64,000 nt of DNA from Botryllus schlosseri (Eukaryota), in NCBI GenBank assembly GCA_051294905.1, contig CM119372.1:24740001-24804000 (forward strand). Direction: 5' to 3'. The first letter of the stretch is position 1. Every line of letters starts with the position of its first letter. A model generated the notes under the pieces. It had not been told where the DNA came from. It saw only the letters and a list, made by a program, of their open reading frames with translations, and did not search any database. Shown here piece after piece: positions 1-10,492 of the stretch. Made by a program: the position numbers and the translations under genes.

Positions 1-381
1 GGTTAATTATGTTTTGGATACTTGACGAGATTCAACGGAGTATCTCGGAGTCTGGGATTCAGCTCTTCGGAGTCGGAGGGAGTTTTCCTCAGACACTAAA
101 GTTGTCGGAGGGATTCGGAGTCTCGAAAAGCACTATCCGCTCGTCACTGTATAGTTTCGCAGTCCGCTCGTTCCGCCGTTTAGAGTTTCCTTTCAATTAT
201 GCAATGCAAATGCAAATGCAGACCAATTGTCACCTGATTTGACCTACTATTTCACTTATCGTATGTACGGGATTGTGGACTACCAATATAATCCGATTTC
301 CAATCATGGCATTGGATTCCCGTTCACATGTTCGTTTCTCTGCTAGGTTTGTATAAGTGAAGTTCGCTAATATAAGAGAGA

Positions 382-463
382 GTTGTCGTGGCCGAGTGGT
401 TAAGGCGACAGACTAGAAATCTGTTGGGCTCTGCCCGCGCAGGTTCGAATCCTGCCGACAACG
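382..463 (+). tRNA. tRNA-Ser (anticodon AGA)
   Basis: Acceptor stem GTTGTCG/CGACAAC; A-box TGGCCGAGTGG; anticodon arm ACAGA-CT AGA AA-TCTGT; long variable arm GGGCTCTGCCC; B-box GGTTCGAATCC; discriminator G; TATAAG upstream (352-357, 371-376) and T-run terminator at ~468-476. Confidence 0.97.
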
Positions 464-956
464 CGTATTTTCTTTTCTCATTTCTGAGAACGTTCGACCG
501 CATGTTTGAATAAAATTTTGCAACATATCAAAACTAACAAATTGCTAGCCTCTCAGCATTATTTTCATCTTATATATTACCGAACACTATTTTTCCGTGC
601 TTTTGTTTCGGATTTGGGAATGACGACCAGGAATATCATATTCCAGTTGTTAGTTTCTAGCTCCAAATTGCTCTGCTTCATCCACTAATCAGTGGTTCGA
701 ATCATAATAATCCTCAGATCATATATTTTCATCCGCCCAAGACACACAAAACGTATAATGCGAATACAAGAGAAAAATGCGATGTAATGAACAGACGAAG
801 GATGCCGAAACGGCAAGTTGTGGCCTCGATCCAGCCCGATCTACTGCCCGATTTCACAATGTTAGCCGCAATGTCGATGTCACAATGTTAATGTTCGAAC
901 TTGATTTTTTCGCGTCTGGCATTCTATTTAGATTGCTCTTCCTTTATCTTTTTCGT

Positions 957-1309
957 TTAATTCATTGTTCCGTTCGTCTTCGGGTGCTTCCTATGGGCTT
1001 TTCTGACTTCGTAAGAACTAGCGACACAGGGGAAGAGCAGCTCAGATATAGTCTAACGCAGTTTGCGGTGGTTAATTGAAGGAAGTAATCATTACGCTAT
1101 CTCACCTGAACGTTGTTAGCTGACGATAAAACCGGTGGATCTTCAAATATCAAAATCAACCCAATACGGAAGCTAATTACGACAGAAGTATGCAAGCGAA
1201 AACGGAGGTTACAGACCAGGTGTCGCCAACTCAAAATGGGTCGCGGGCCACTTTCGTAACTTGATAGACGCCCCGGGCCGCATAATTGTAATGTCGAGAT
1301 TGTCGGCAT
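957..1309 (-). CDS. Candidate 3' exons of an unidentified gene (1217-1309, 1106-1140, 957-1052)
   Basis: Three GT-AG bounded segments with compatible phases (1, then 0) and short introns (76 and 53 bp): ..ADNLDITIMRPGASIKLRKWPATHFELATP-D-PPVLSSANNVQ-TISELLFPCVASSYEVRKAHRKHPKTNGTMN*; no recognisable domain. Confidence 0.3.
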
Positions 1310-2037
1310 CTAATATCTGGCACCTGATTAGCTATTGGCAAAGGTGAAAAGGCACTATATTGACTATAACTATATCAATGTAGCGTGTTGTTGTCTAACA
1401 CGCGTGGTACACATTGTTAAAAAGAATCACTGATTCACTGCTTACATTTAATTACGATTAATACAACTCTATCAAATATATGTATTGAGCTTGATGTATA
1501 TTGTGTAGCATACCTCGCACCCGATATCTGACCGCAAGTACTTTACTGCGACATGATGGTGATACGCCGTTTATTTTCTGGCGTCAAGACCGATTGGAGA
1601 TGCTCTGTCGGTCGCGAGCGTACGGCAGATCCATTAGGCTAGTGATTCCCATTTTTTAGTTCAAATTTAGTTCAATAAACCATGCAACCGTCTTGTGCAA
1701 ATATTAACTGTACGCTATAGTGATAAACAACAAAAAATGACCTGTCTTTAAAATAATATCATTCTATTGTTGCAGCAAACAATACGTTCATATTGTTAAA
1801 TTTATTCCACTGGAAGCTTTTCGACTGGCTCTCTTGAGCAGAGATGCCACTGGGATATTTCGGAAAAACCCAGATGTGGAGTCGAAATAAACCCAGAAAA
1901 ACCCAGATCCTATATTTCACTCAAAAGACACGAGATAGCTGTGAAAGTGGAGCCTGATAGTCGTCGAATACACTCATACAGTCATTGAAGCCTTTGATAT
2001 TGAATTTACAACAGTTTATAATACACAGTTTGCTTGG

Positions 2038-2039
<2 letters not shown>

Positions 2040-2071
<32 letters not shown>

Positions 2072-4115
2072 TTTATTTTCATCGAACCAAAATACATAAC
2101 AAACGGCAGTGATGTTGGTACAGAAAATATGCGTGCACAGTATTCGGTATTAGATAGGAATGATCGATAAGACCGTGAAGGTCATCTAGTCTGATCACAC
2201 CAGCATCAAAGAGGTACACTTGACTCTGAACAGTCTGGCTGTAAAAAATGTTTAGTTAAGAAAGGAAAATAGAAAAAAAATCAAACAATGGTAGCAAATG
2301 ATCAATGAAGCAATGTATGGGCGAGGTAGGGCAACAGTGTTAGTGTAACGACAAGAGGTGATCAAGTAGGGCTTTTTTGAATCTATTATAAGGCAATTCA
2401 CGGATATATGGTGGTAATGCATTCCAGATGATAGGTCCCGAGTAGTCGATAGATCTCTTAGTTAGGTTGCTATTGGGTGGGGGTAAGTAGATGTTTCCTT
2501 TAGACGAGGATCTCGTGTAATGGGAATGGATATGTTTAGCAGGTATGAAAAAGTCATAAAACACAGGAGGCAGACTATTGGAAAAATATTTGTGAACAAC
2601 TTTTGATACTTCGAAGCGATATAGTCAGGCCGTGTTATTTTTGGCATTTCAGGAGCCAGATGCCAAAACTGCCAAAAATAAAAATTTGAAAATGCCAAAA
2701 ATAAGCAATTTTTGGCATATGCCAAAAATAAAACGGCCTGCCAAATAGTGTGTTTCGTTCATGGTGTTGTGTTAACAGGACCGCGTTACAAGCGAGAAGA
2801 GCGTTTGTGAAAGGCAGGTTTCTTAATCTGGGTCCAGCCCACCCATTAGGGGTGAAAGCATGGTGTCATAAATGGTGTGGGCACAGCGAGATTGAACGGC
2901 TGACTGCATTTGGTTTACGTCATACTTTCCATTTGTCCAAAGGCAATTTGACCGGCTTGTCGAGCGCTAAATTTGATAGAACAGGTATCAATGAGAAGCT
3001 GCCGCAGTACTGATTATTAAAATATAAATTATATTCTGCTCATGGAACTGGAACCCCCAAAATCAACCACGATTTTTGCATTGTGATCGAGTTGAACATT
3101 GTGACGCAACAAACTGTCTGGCTATTTCTGAGCTGAATAGTCTCGTTTTTTCCAGACAGTCTTGTTGCGTAAACGTTCTTAAACAATAAGCTAACCTTCC
3201 CAGGACTCTTCCATGCGAGTTTGTAATATTAAAGCCACCTGAAGTGAATATATCAGTAGACTGAAGGAAAAATGATAGTCGGGCTACTAAATAGAATGTG
3301 TTGAGAGACAGCACAGGAAACTCCTGGAAAAGGATCGGGAAAACAATTCTTTCCGCGACGAGATCGATGGCACTGGCGAAGTGATCTCTTTTCATGATGC
3401 ATGGAAGCCGGTTCGGCCCTCCAACGATTTTTAAGCTCTGAAAACCTTTTGTGGATGACTGGCAACATTCTTTCCCTCAGCGGCTACTGTTGAAGCCGAT
3501 ATTTCCCAGATTCTCTGGGCGAGAAAAGAATTTAGGAGAAACTTAGCTGACCTGAGTTTGGAAGCACTGTTACAGTGCAAACGATTTAAGTCTATTCAAC
3601 AGCTGTAACAATCAGCTGTTGAGCGTGTTTGTTAGGCTTTTCTTTCTTTTTTTTTGCTTATTGGCACCGATTCCGATGAATACTGCACATTTTATGGTTT
3701 CGATTGATATTATTAACCTATGAAATCGTTAGGTTTTTTCTTCTTCCTATTGTTTGTTAGCACTGATTATAAGTGGATGCTGCACATTTTGTGGTGTCTT
3801 TTGACAAACTAGCCCAAATAAAGCGTTTTTGTGACTAATTCGAGGCTGAAACTATCTATTTAGAGGACGATGCCAAAACTGCCAAAAATAAAAATCGAAA
3901 AATGCCAAAAATAAGTTATTTTTGGCAGTTTTGGCATATGCCAAAAATAACACGGCCTGGATATAGTTCATCAACTCGCAAAATTCGATGCTTACGGTAG
4001 TAAGGCGATAAATTGGTACGTAATGGTACAGATGAGATCAGCCGTATCGCACGGTTTTGCAGGGTTCGAATTCTGCACAAAAATGTTGTGCATGCATTTC
4101 CCCATACTACGATTC
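2040..4115 (-). mobile_element. 3' fragment of a CR1/L2-group LINE, split by a MITE
   Basis: RT C-terminal motifs IVVWGNACTTFLCRIRTLQNRAIRLI (~4030-4110) and HSHYTR..YSGPIIWNALP..FKKAL (2340-2560); 3' UTR with AATAAA (TTTATT 2072-2077) ending in a (GA)n tail at 2040-2068. Confidence 0.75.
2626..3959. mobile_element. hAT-type MITE (CAGGCCGTGTTATTTTTGGCA TIR)
   Basis: Perfect TIRs; TSD GATATAGT at 2618-2625 and 3960-3967; subterminal TGCCAAAA repeats. Confidence 0.9.
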
Positions 4116-5115
4116 CATCATAGTGTCCTATATGGTGTCGACACAAGCAAATTGCACGGTTCAATGAAATTGTATCACGTCACAGTTTCCATTTGGCTAC
4201 AGGCAATTTGACGGTGATTTTTGACCGACTTGCCGAGCATTAAATTTGATGAATCGGGTATCAATCGAAAGCTGACGCTGTACTGCTTGCGAAAATATAA
4301 ATTTTATTCCGCTCATGGCCCTGGAACCCCCACAATCTGCCCCAAATTATTCATTGTCGAGTAGATTGGCAGTGTGACGCAACAATGATGTCTGGCGAAA
4401 CGAGAGACTAGCTCAAGAGCAAGGATGCGGCCGAGCGGCGAGAGTGGGATCAGCTGACGTCGCGGCAATAGCAATGTGCAAACGCACCACAGAGAAACGC
4501 TGCGCTGTTGATACTTTTTCTATGCGTTTCGGTACAAGCGAGCACACACAAGCCTTCCCTTGACTTGTAAGGGTAGAACTGGGTCCACGGAATGTATTAG
4601 GGCCCTACCAATTTTCGCGCAATATCCTTCAGCTGATAGAGATATGTAGGCTACGTCTAAGTAGTCTACATTGGATATGTCAGATTATTATGATATCGAT
4701 TGCCTTAGTCGTCCTACATGAACATGACTTTCTGCGACCTGGAAGTTACCATTCAATGAAGCTCCATCGCATCAAGCCGAGGTCTCTCATTTTAGTAGTG
4801 AACTAGATTCTCAACACTCTGTCGTTGCAATAACAGCAAAATCCATCGACAATGGCAAACTGAAGTGCATGCATTTTACGATATTGCGATCATACTAATC
4901 TAATAATTAATTTTCGATCGTAAAACTGACCTGGCGAACTGGATATTGAAAAAAAAAACAGATTTCAAGGATAAAAACCCAGAAACCCAGGTGATGCTAA
5001 AAAAAACAGTTCTGGGTGAAAAAACCCAGGAGTGGCATCTCTGCTATTGAGTAGTGAACGCCAGTAAATGAGGTTAACCATGCAGCTGTAAAACAGCCGA
5101 ATGACAAAACAACAC

Positions 5116-5600
5116 TAATGGAAGATTCCCAGCGTGTAGAGATGTTCCTTCTGGCGGCAGAGGATCGGCTTTTGCAGCTTTATAATGGTTGATTCAAGGA
5201 CCTTTAAATGAAAAAGAGAACGATCACGAGCAACTATGGAAAACTGATTGATATTGTAATGTTTTGCACACTCTGGGTGTTTCAATAGGTGCTGTCCGAT
5301 GGCAGAATTACATGCTGTTACTTGGTCATAATCATGCATGGTAACTAAGAGACTGTGATGATGAAGCAGACATGTCATCACCCTGCGAATTCCTAATTTG
5401 ACGTGGGACGTGCTGACGAATTCTTTGTTGCAAGCGTTGAGATATGCGACCCACATACCGACTGACCTCATTTGCTGGCGTTCACTGCTGAAGAGAGCCA
5501 GTCGAAAAGCTTCCAGTGGAATAAATTTAACAATATGAACGTATTGTTTGCTGCAATATTGAAGTTCTGTACTTCGAAAAGCCCATTCTATTGTTGTTCT
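5116..5600 (-). mobile_element. Penelope-like retroelement 3' fragment (GIY-YIG endonuclease) with inverted pseudo-LTR
   Basis: Frameshifted RYVGRISQRLQQRIRQHVP and SAIGQHLLKHPEC..FSIVARDRSLFHLKVLE..I...KPILCRQKE, typical of the PLE GIY-YIG C-terminus; 5461-5556 is an inverted copy of the downstream repeat (5052-5075 plus ~1767-1838). Confidence 0.8.
5474..5520 (+). ncRNA. Minimal type I hammerhead ribozyme, family 1 (Penelope pLTR)
   Basis: Stem I TTCACTG/CAGTGGA; core CTGAAGA (5488-5494); stem II GA-GCCAG-TC; GAA; palindromic stem III AAGCTT; cleavage-site C at 5513; upstream CTGGC complementary to loop II GCCAG. Confidence 0.8.
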
Positions 5601-5676
5601 GGAATATTTGAAGAGCTTATTACTGGAGGTACAGAACTTCGATATACAATTGCATAGAATATTCATATTGAAATGA

Positions 5677-5720
5677 ACCCGAACATTTTCGGCTGACACT
5701 CATCAGGGGTAATCGTCAGC
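5677..5720 (-). ncRNA. Minimal type I hammerhead ribozyme, family 2
   Basis: Minus strand reads GCTGAC-GATT-ACCC-CTGATGA-GTGTCAGCC-GAA-AATGTT-C-GGGT; lies within a ~140-bp repeat (~5620-5760) also present at ~8841-8935, 16280-16360 and 56329-56591. Confidence 0.7.
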
Positions 5721-7262
5721 AACTAGTAGAAAATTTGAAAGAACATTGTATATCAACACTCGTCACTCGTATCACAAAATATGACGCCACCAGCATGAAA
5801 TTTCGAATGAGAGAGCGTTCAATGTACTATTTTAGGTGGTACACGAACTTCCTCTGTTGACAGAGTTTGGGTTGGTGTATTTTGATCAAAGTCGACTCCA
5901 AGGCACACAAATGGAAGTGTGAACGGCAGTCGAACCGAAACTACCTCGTAATATTCCTAATTTAAGAATAACATAAAGACAGACAGACTGTTTTATTGAA
6001 CAAAATTGCAATAAAAATATAATACATGTTGCAGCGATACTATAGAATGTAAACGATAAGCGATACGATCCTTAGGGATTCCCGCAGATCATCCAGTCAG
6101 CTGCATTGATGGAGTACTAATTAAGCATTTTCAATTCGAGACCCGCGTCATAAATAAATTTAAAAAAAAAATAGGTTGGTAACCATATTGCAAATTTAGA
6201 GGTTTTGCAGACCACCGATTGATAACCACTGCATTGTGTCGACCATGACTTGCTAATTGCTAGTATGGATGAGGTGGTTTCAGTCTCATCGTCATGTCGT
6301 TTTTTTTGTGAGCACGCTGTTAGTAATGTCAAAGCCATTTTATAGCGAAGAATGGTGATACTGAAAGTGAGGCAATGATTCTTTGGGAAAACGATAAAGA
6401 TTTTAAAAATAAAATATTTCAAGCATTTGGAAATACAATAATGATATATATTTTCCGAAATCTGAAACCAGGTCGCAGGCCGCGTGTTGGTGAGCCCTGA
6501 TACAGACATAGGGTTAACAGGAAACAGAGATGGTCCGTTGCAATAAGTAGTTCTACTTTTTCGGAGAACTCAAGTGGGTTTTGCTGTGATTGCGAATTCA
6601 GACCACATCTACTTCTACTTAACAATTTCCTGTTTTTTTTTTTATGCAAAAGTATAGATCTAGTCTAGAATATCTGGACACCTTGGGATTGATTGCAAAT
6701 GATTGCTGATATACGAACTCAAATCAATACTAACAAAGCACATGCGTAATCGCCAGCACTGCACCATTTGGCAAAATTATCCATTTGATACACGTTCAAA
6801 TCAGTCCAATACTCGAATCATCATTCATCATTGACAGGGGCAAAATGAAATTGTACAATATTCATCGTACCAGGACCTATTGATCGCAATGACGTTCAAT
6901 AAATCACTTTATAGTAGGGACGCGTACAGGTACATCGCACATTGTGACAATGTTGTGGGTTGATCATGACTTCACAAATAAGTTATTTCCACTAACGTTC
7001 GTCGGTTTTGTACCTATACTGTTTGTTTTGTATGCTTCGATACGGTTTCACGGCTTCCGCAGTGGAAAATAGCATCGAAACTATAAATCCCGTTGTTAAA
7101 TAATCAACTTCCAGTGGCGGGTAGAATATATAATTCCAGTATTGGAAAAAAAATCATGTTTTACAACTGGACTCGAATCATTAAAATTAATACTCGATTC
7201 AGATTTGGAGACGTTCAGCAACTCTACTAGCGATGAGAATAAATTACTATGAATGGCCGGGA

Positions 7263-7836
7263 TAGGGTTGCTTTTAAAACAAAATTTAATTAAAAATAAA
7301 CATGCCTAAAACAAGGCACTTCTTTAAAACATGTTTTTTATTTTTTTTTAAGCCATGACGTTACGAATATTTGATTGTAATGTTACTGTGGATTAGCATT
7401 GAGCATTGACAATTGAAAATATAGGGTAAATAATAAATATGGCTCCTTCGTCGAAACGGGCTTCCGACCACTGTCATGAACAGACCAAAAATATCTTTAA
7501 CCAGGACTACATCGCCTATACGTAGCATTTTTACGTTTGGCGGTCATCATCATCGGAACAGCCATTCCGTACCAATGATCTGTATCTACATGCTAAAACT
7601 GTTGTACCGACGACGATTTCGAGGGTTCCAGCCACACCACATCGTTAACGTCGACTATTTTGGATGCAAATCGTCCGTAGGCTCATGCTGCATGTTTTTC
7701 GGACGTGTTTACTCAATTATAGCATAATTAGACAACGTTTGAAATTTTTTTTTTAAAGGCATTTGTTTAAAACACTGTTTAGAACATGTTTTAAGCAAAA
7801 TGTCTTAAACCGCCGTTTGTTTTAAATGCAACCCTA
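7263..7836. mobile_element. hAT-type MITE (TAGGGTTGC TIR, TTTTAAAAC-rich ends)
   Basis: TAGGGTTGC...GCAACCCTA; same family at 25309-25727, 34243-34696, 50005-50537; TSD degenerate in this copy. Confidence 0.75.
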
Positions 7837-8001
7837 ACAGGGAAATGTTCAGCAATTCCGAATAGACGCGGAGAATCGCATGCCACGTCAACGCGAATAG
7901 TTTTACCCGAATGCGTGATCATAGAGTCTTAAAGGGGTGTGGACACAGTGCAGTTGTCTGTCTCACCTTGAATTGGACTTGGTATTATTATCCCGATATA
8001 C

Positions 8002-9419
8002 CAGTGGTTCTCAACCTTTTTGGCTTCGCGGACCCCTTTTTACCGTCACGGACCCTTGCGGACCCCCTCAAGTTTTTGTTCAATTTTGGCTCCATGATGG
8101 TGCAACCTTCATCTGTCTTGTGCAAATATGAGCTGTAGGCTCGTGATAAACAGCAAAATCATGATTTGTCTTGAAAATAACATCATACTATTTATGTATA
8201 TGTATGCTGCTGTATTTCTTGAAGTAGCCTACGTGGTCGTGTCTTGAAAATCCGCGTCTTCGTTTTGATATGAACGAGGAGAGCCGAAAACCATTTCCGC
8301 AAAGATAGATGAAGGCTAAGGCAGTATTAACGCATAACGCTTCCGACGATACTTTTGGTGTGATCGCAACATTTATGGCACCAAAATGAAGAAACATATA
8401 TTTTATGAACATATCACGTCCAGCATCTAGCGCAGGAACGGGCAACATACGGACAGCGGGCGTGATTCGGCCCGCAGAGAGTTTCTACCGTCAAAGTGAA
8501 ATCCTAATCTAATATAGTATAGACAAATTTTATGCGCCAAATAATGGAACCAAGTTTTCCAACCTGAGAAAGACTGTCATGAAACGACTTGTTCTGTCCG
8601 GGTTCACATATATATTTACGAGCAAACATTTTCGACCATGAACAATTGAACATTAACAAAACAAGGCTGCATACCAATATAACTGGTGATATAAATTTCC
8701 GGGTTGAAGCGCAATGCTTTGATAGCAACGAAACACTCCTTGTTCATCAAAAAATCAGCTTTGTCGATAGGGCATCCGCAATAAGAATGCGCTAAATCTG
8801 ATAGCCGAGCTTTAAGAGCAGGTATACCATCGTTTGATTTATGACGAGTGTCAGCCGAAAATATTCCGAGTTCATTTCAATATGAATATACCATTCAATT
8901 GTATATCGAAGTTCTGTACCTCCAAGAAGCTGTTCAATGAGTGGTTATGTATATCACAGGATAAAATGGATTTCGTGGCGAGGTTTCAATCCCTGCATTG
9001 GGACAAATTAGGGAAATACTTCGGAAATTTTTATTTCAAACGACTGTTCACTAATTTGATGAGACTGACAACTTCAAGTCGAGAAGACATTACGAAGCCA
9101 CCCTGATTGACGTTACTATCTCCATATTTTTATTTTGTCAACAAACCCCAACAAAACGTCTCTAAACAGCAATATGTTTGTATCAGCAGGTTATTGGAAA
9201 ATTGGCAATGAAAATGAATTTCCACACTACGATAGTTCATGTCAGACGAATATTATGATGATGAGTCATATGAGGTTTTAGCAGTTGTGGTGCGAAACTG
9301 CTTCATGCTTTCTCAAATTAAAAAAATAAATAAAAATTACGTTATCAACCATTTTAAAAATTTAGAGGTCTTGCGGACCCCCTGAAATTGCTTCGCGGAC
9401 CCCCGGTTGAGAACCGCTG
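8002..9419. mobile_element. hAT (Buster/Charlie-like) non-autonomous element
   Basis: TIR CAGTGGTTCTCAACC / GGTTGAGAACCGCTG; TSD CGATATAC on both sides; related inverted copy at 38688-39780. Confidence 0.9.
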
Positions 9420-10492
9420 CGATATACTATTGCCCAGCTATCGTTTACGCAATACATGCCATGACATCATTCTATGCTTTGTCGAATACTTAACGCGAGA
9501 GCTGCGAAATACTTGCAGACTCATTTATAACGGCTACCCTAAGAACGTCTTATTCTCTCTAAATATACTTCGTGTTTGAGTAAACATCTGTGGATTGAAG
9601 AACTCGCAAACCTCAGTACAGGACTTCCAGGTTATGTAGCCACCAAGGCTAACATGATATCGGTCAGCTCCTTTTTTACTAGTCCCTCCCCTTTTACAAG
9701 TCCCTCTACTGTTGCACAGGGAAATCAAACGGCTCACTGCGTTTTTACGTCATTCTTTCCATTTGACAAAAGACAATTTTACGGTCCGACATGCCTAGCG
9801 CTAAATTTGGTAAACATGTATCAATCGGCAGCTGCGCGCCGCTGCCGTACGGAATTATATTGTATTATTGCTGTATTAAGGAATTATAAATTTTCTTCGA
9901 TCATGACCCCCTCACAATCAGCTTTAAATATCGCATGTATTACTATGGCAATAGTCATTCCTGGAGCGTATATGCAGTATACTAGCCAGTCTTCAGGATT
10001 ACCGGACCACGACCTAACATCGACCTCGCCCTCTGCCACACGCCACCTCATTTTGTCGTTTGCGTCTTATATTCTCTGCATTATTTGTCAGTGAGTGTGC
10101 ATGCCTCTTATTTACTTAGCCTAGGCCCTAGGCTAAGGTGGGTGTCTGATCTTAAAGGCTATACTCCAAGTTGTTTCGACACCTTCCAATCTTTTCATTG
10201 TATCGCAGTCTTGTGATGTTTTGACAAGATGAAAATATTAATAAACCTGATTGATTGATTGATTGATTGATTGATATCTGAAAGCATTCATTTATGGTAG
10301 ACTTTATGAGAATACCGCAATACAGGCTACATTTACAGAGAGCTAACACATAAATTCATATTTGAAGCTTGTTTTTTTATAAAGAATATGAAAGTGCGTG
10401 GCGCTATTATGGATAGTGGATACATATGTATATGTCAAATATGCAGGATCCCTGAACGTGGTGCATGTGGATCATTTTTTTGCCCTCATCCG

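Larger units (their letters stand above)
1839..5043. mobile_element. Non-autonomous hAT element (CAGAGATGCCACT TIR family) carrying nested insertions
   Basis: TIRs CAGAGATGCCACT / AGTGGCATCTCTG; 8-bp TSD CTCTTGAG (1831-1838) / CTATTGAG (5044-5051); same family, inverted, at 13522-14570. Confidence 0.85.

Noticed and set aside
8841..8875. Fifth intact hammerhead
   Set aside because: Core reads ATGACGA (C3 lost) and the 5' strand of stem I is missing; a truncated family 2 copy
9576..10094. 172-aa plus-strand ORF with a GPI-signal-like C-terminus
   Set aside because: Its middle is the ~300-bp dispersed repeat; no ATG start and no supported upstream exon chain
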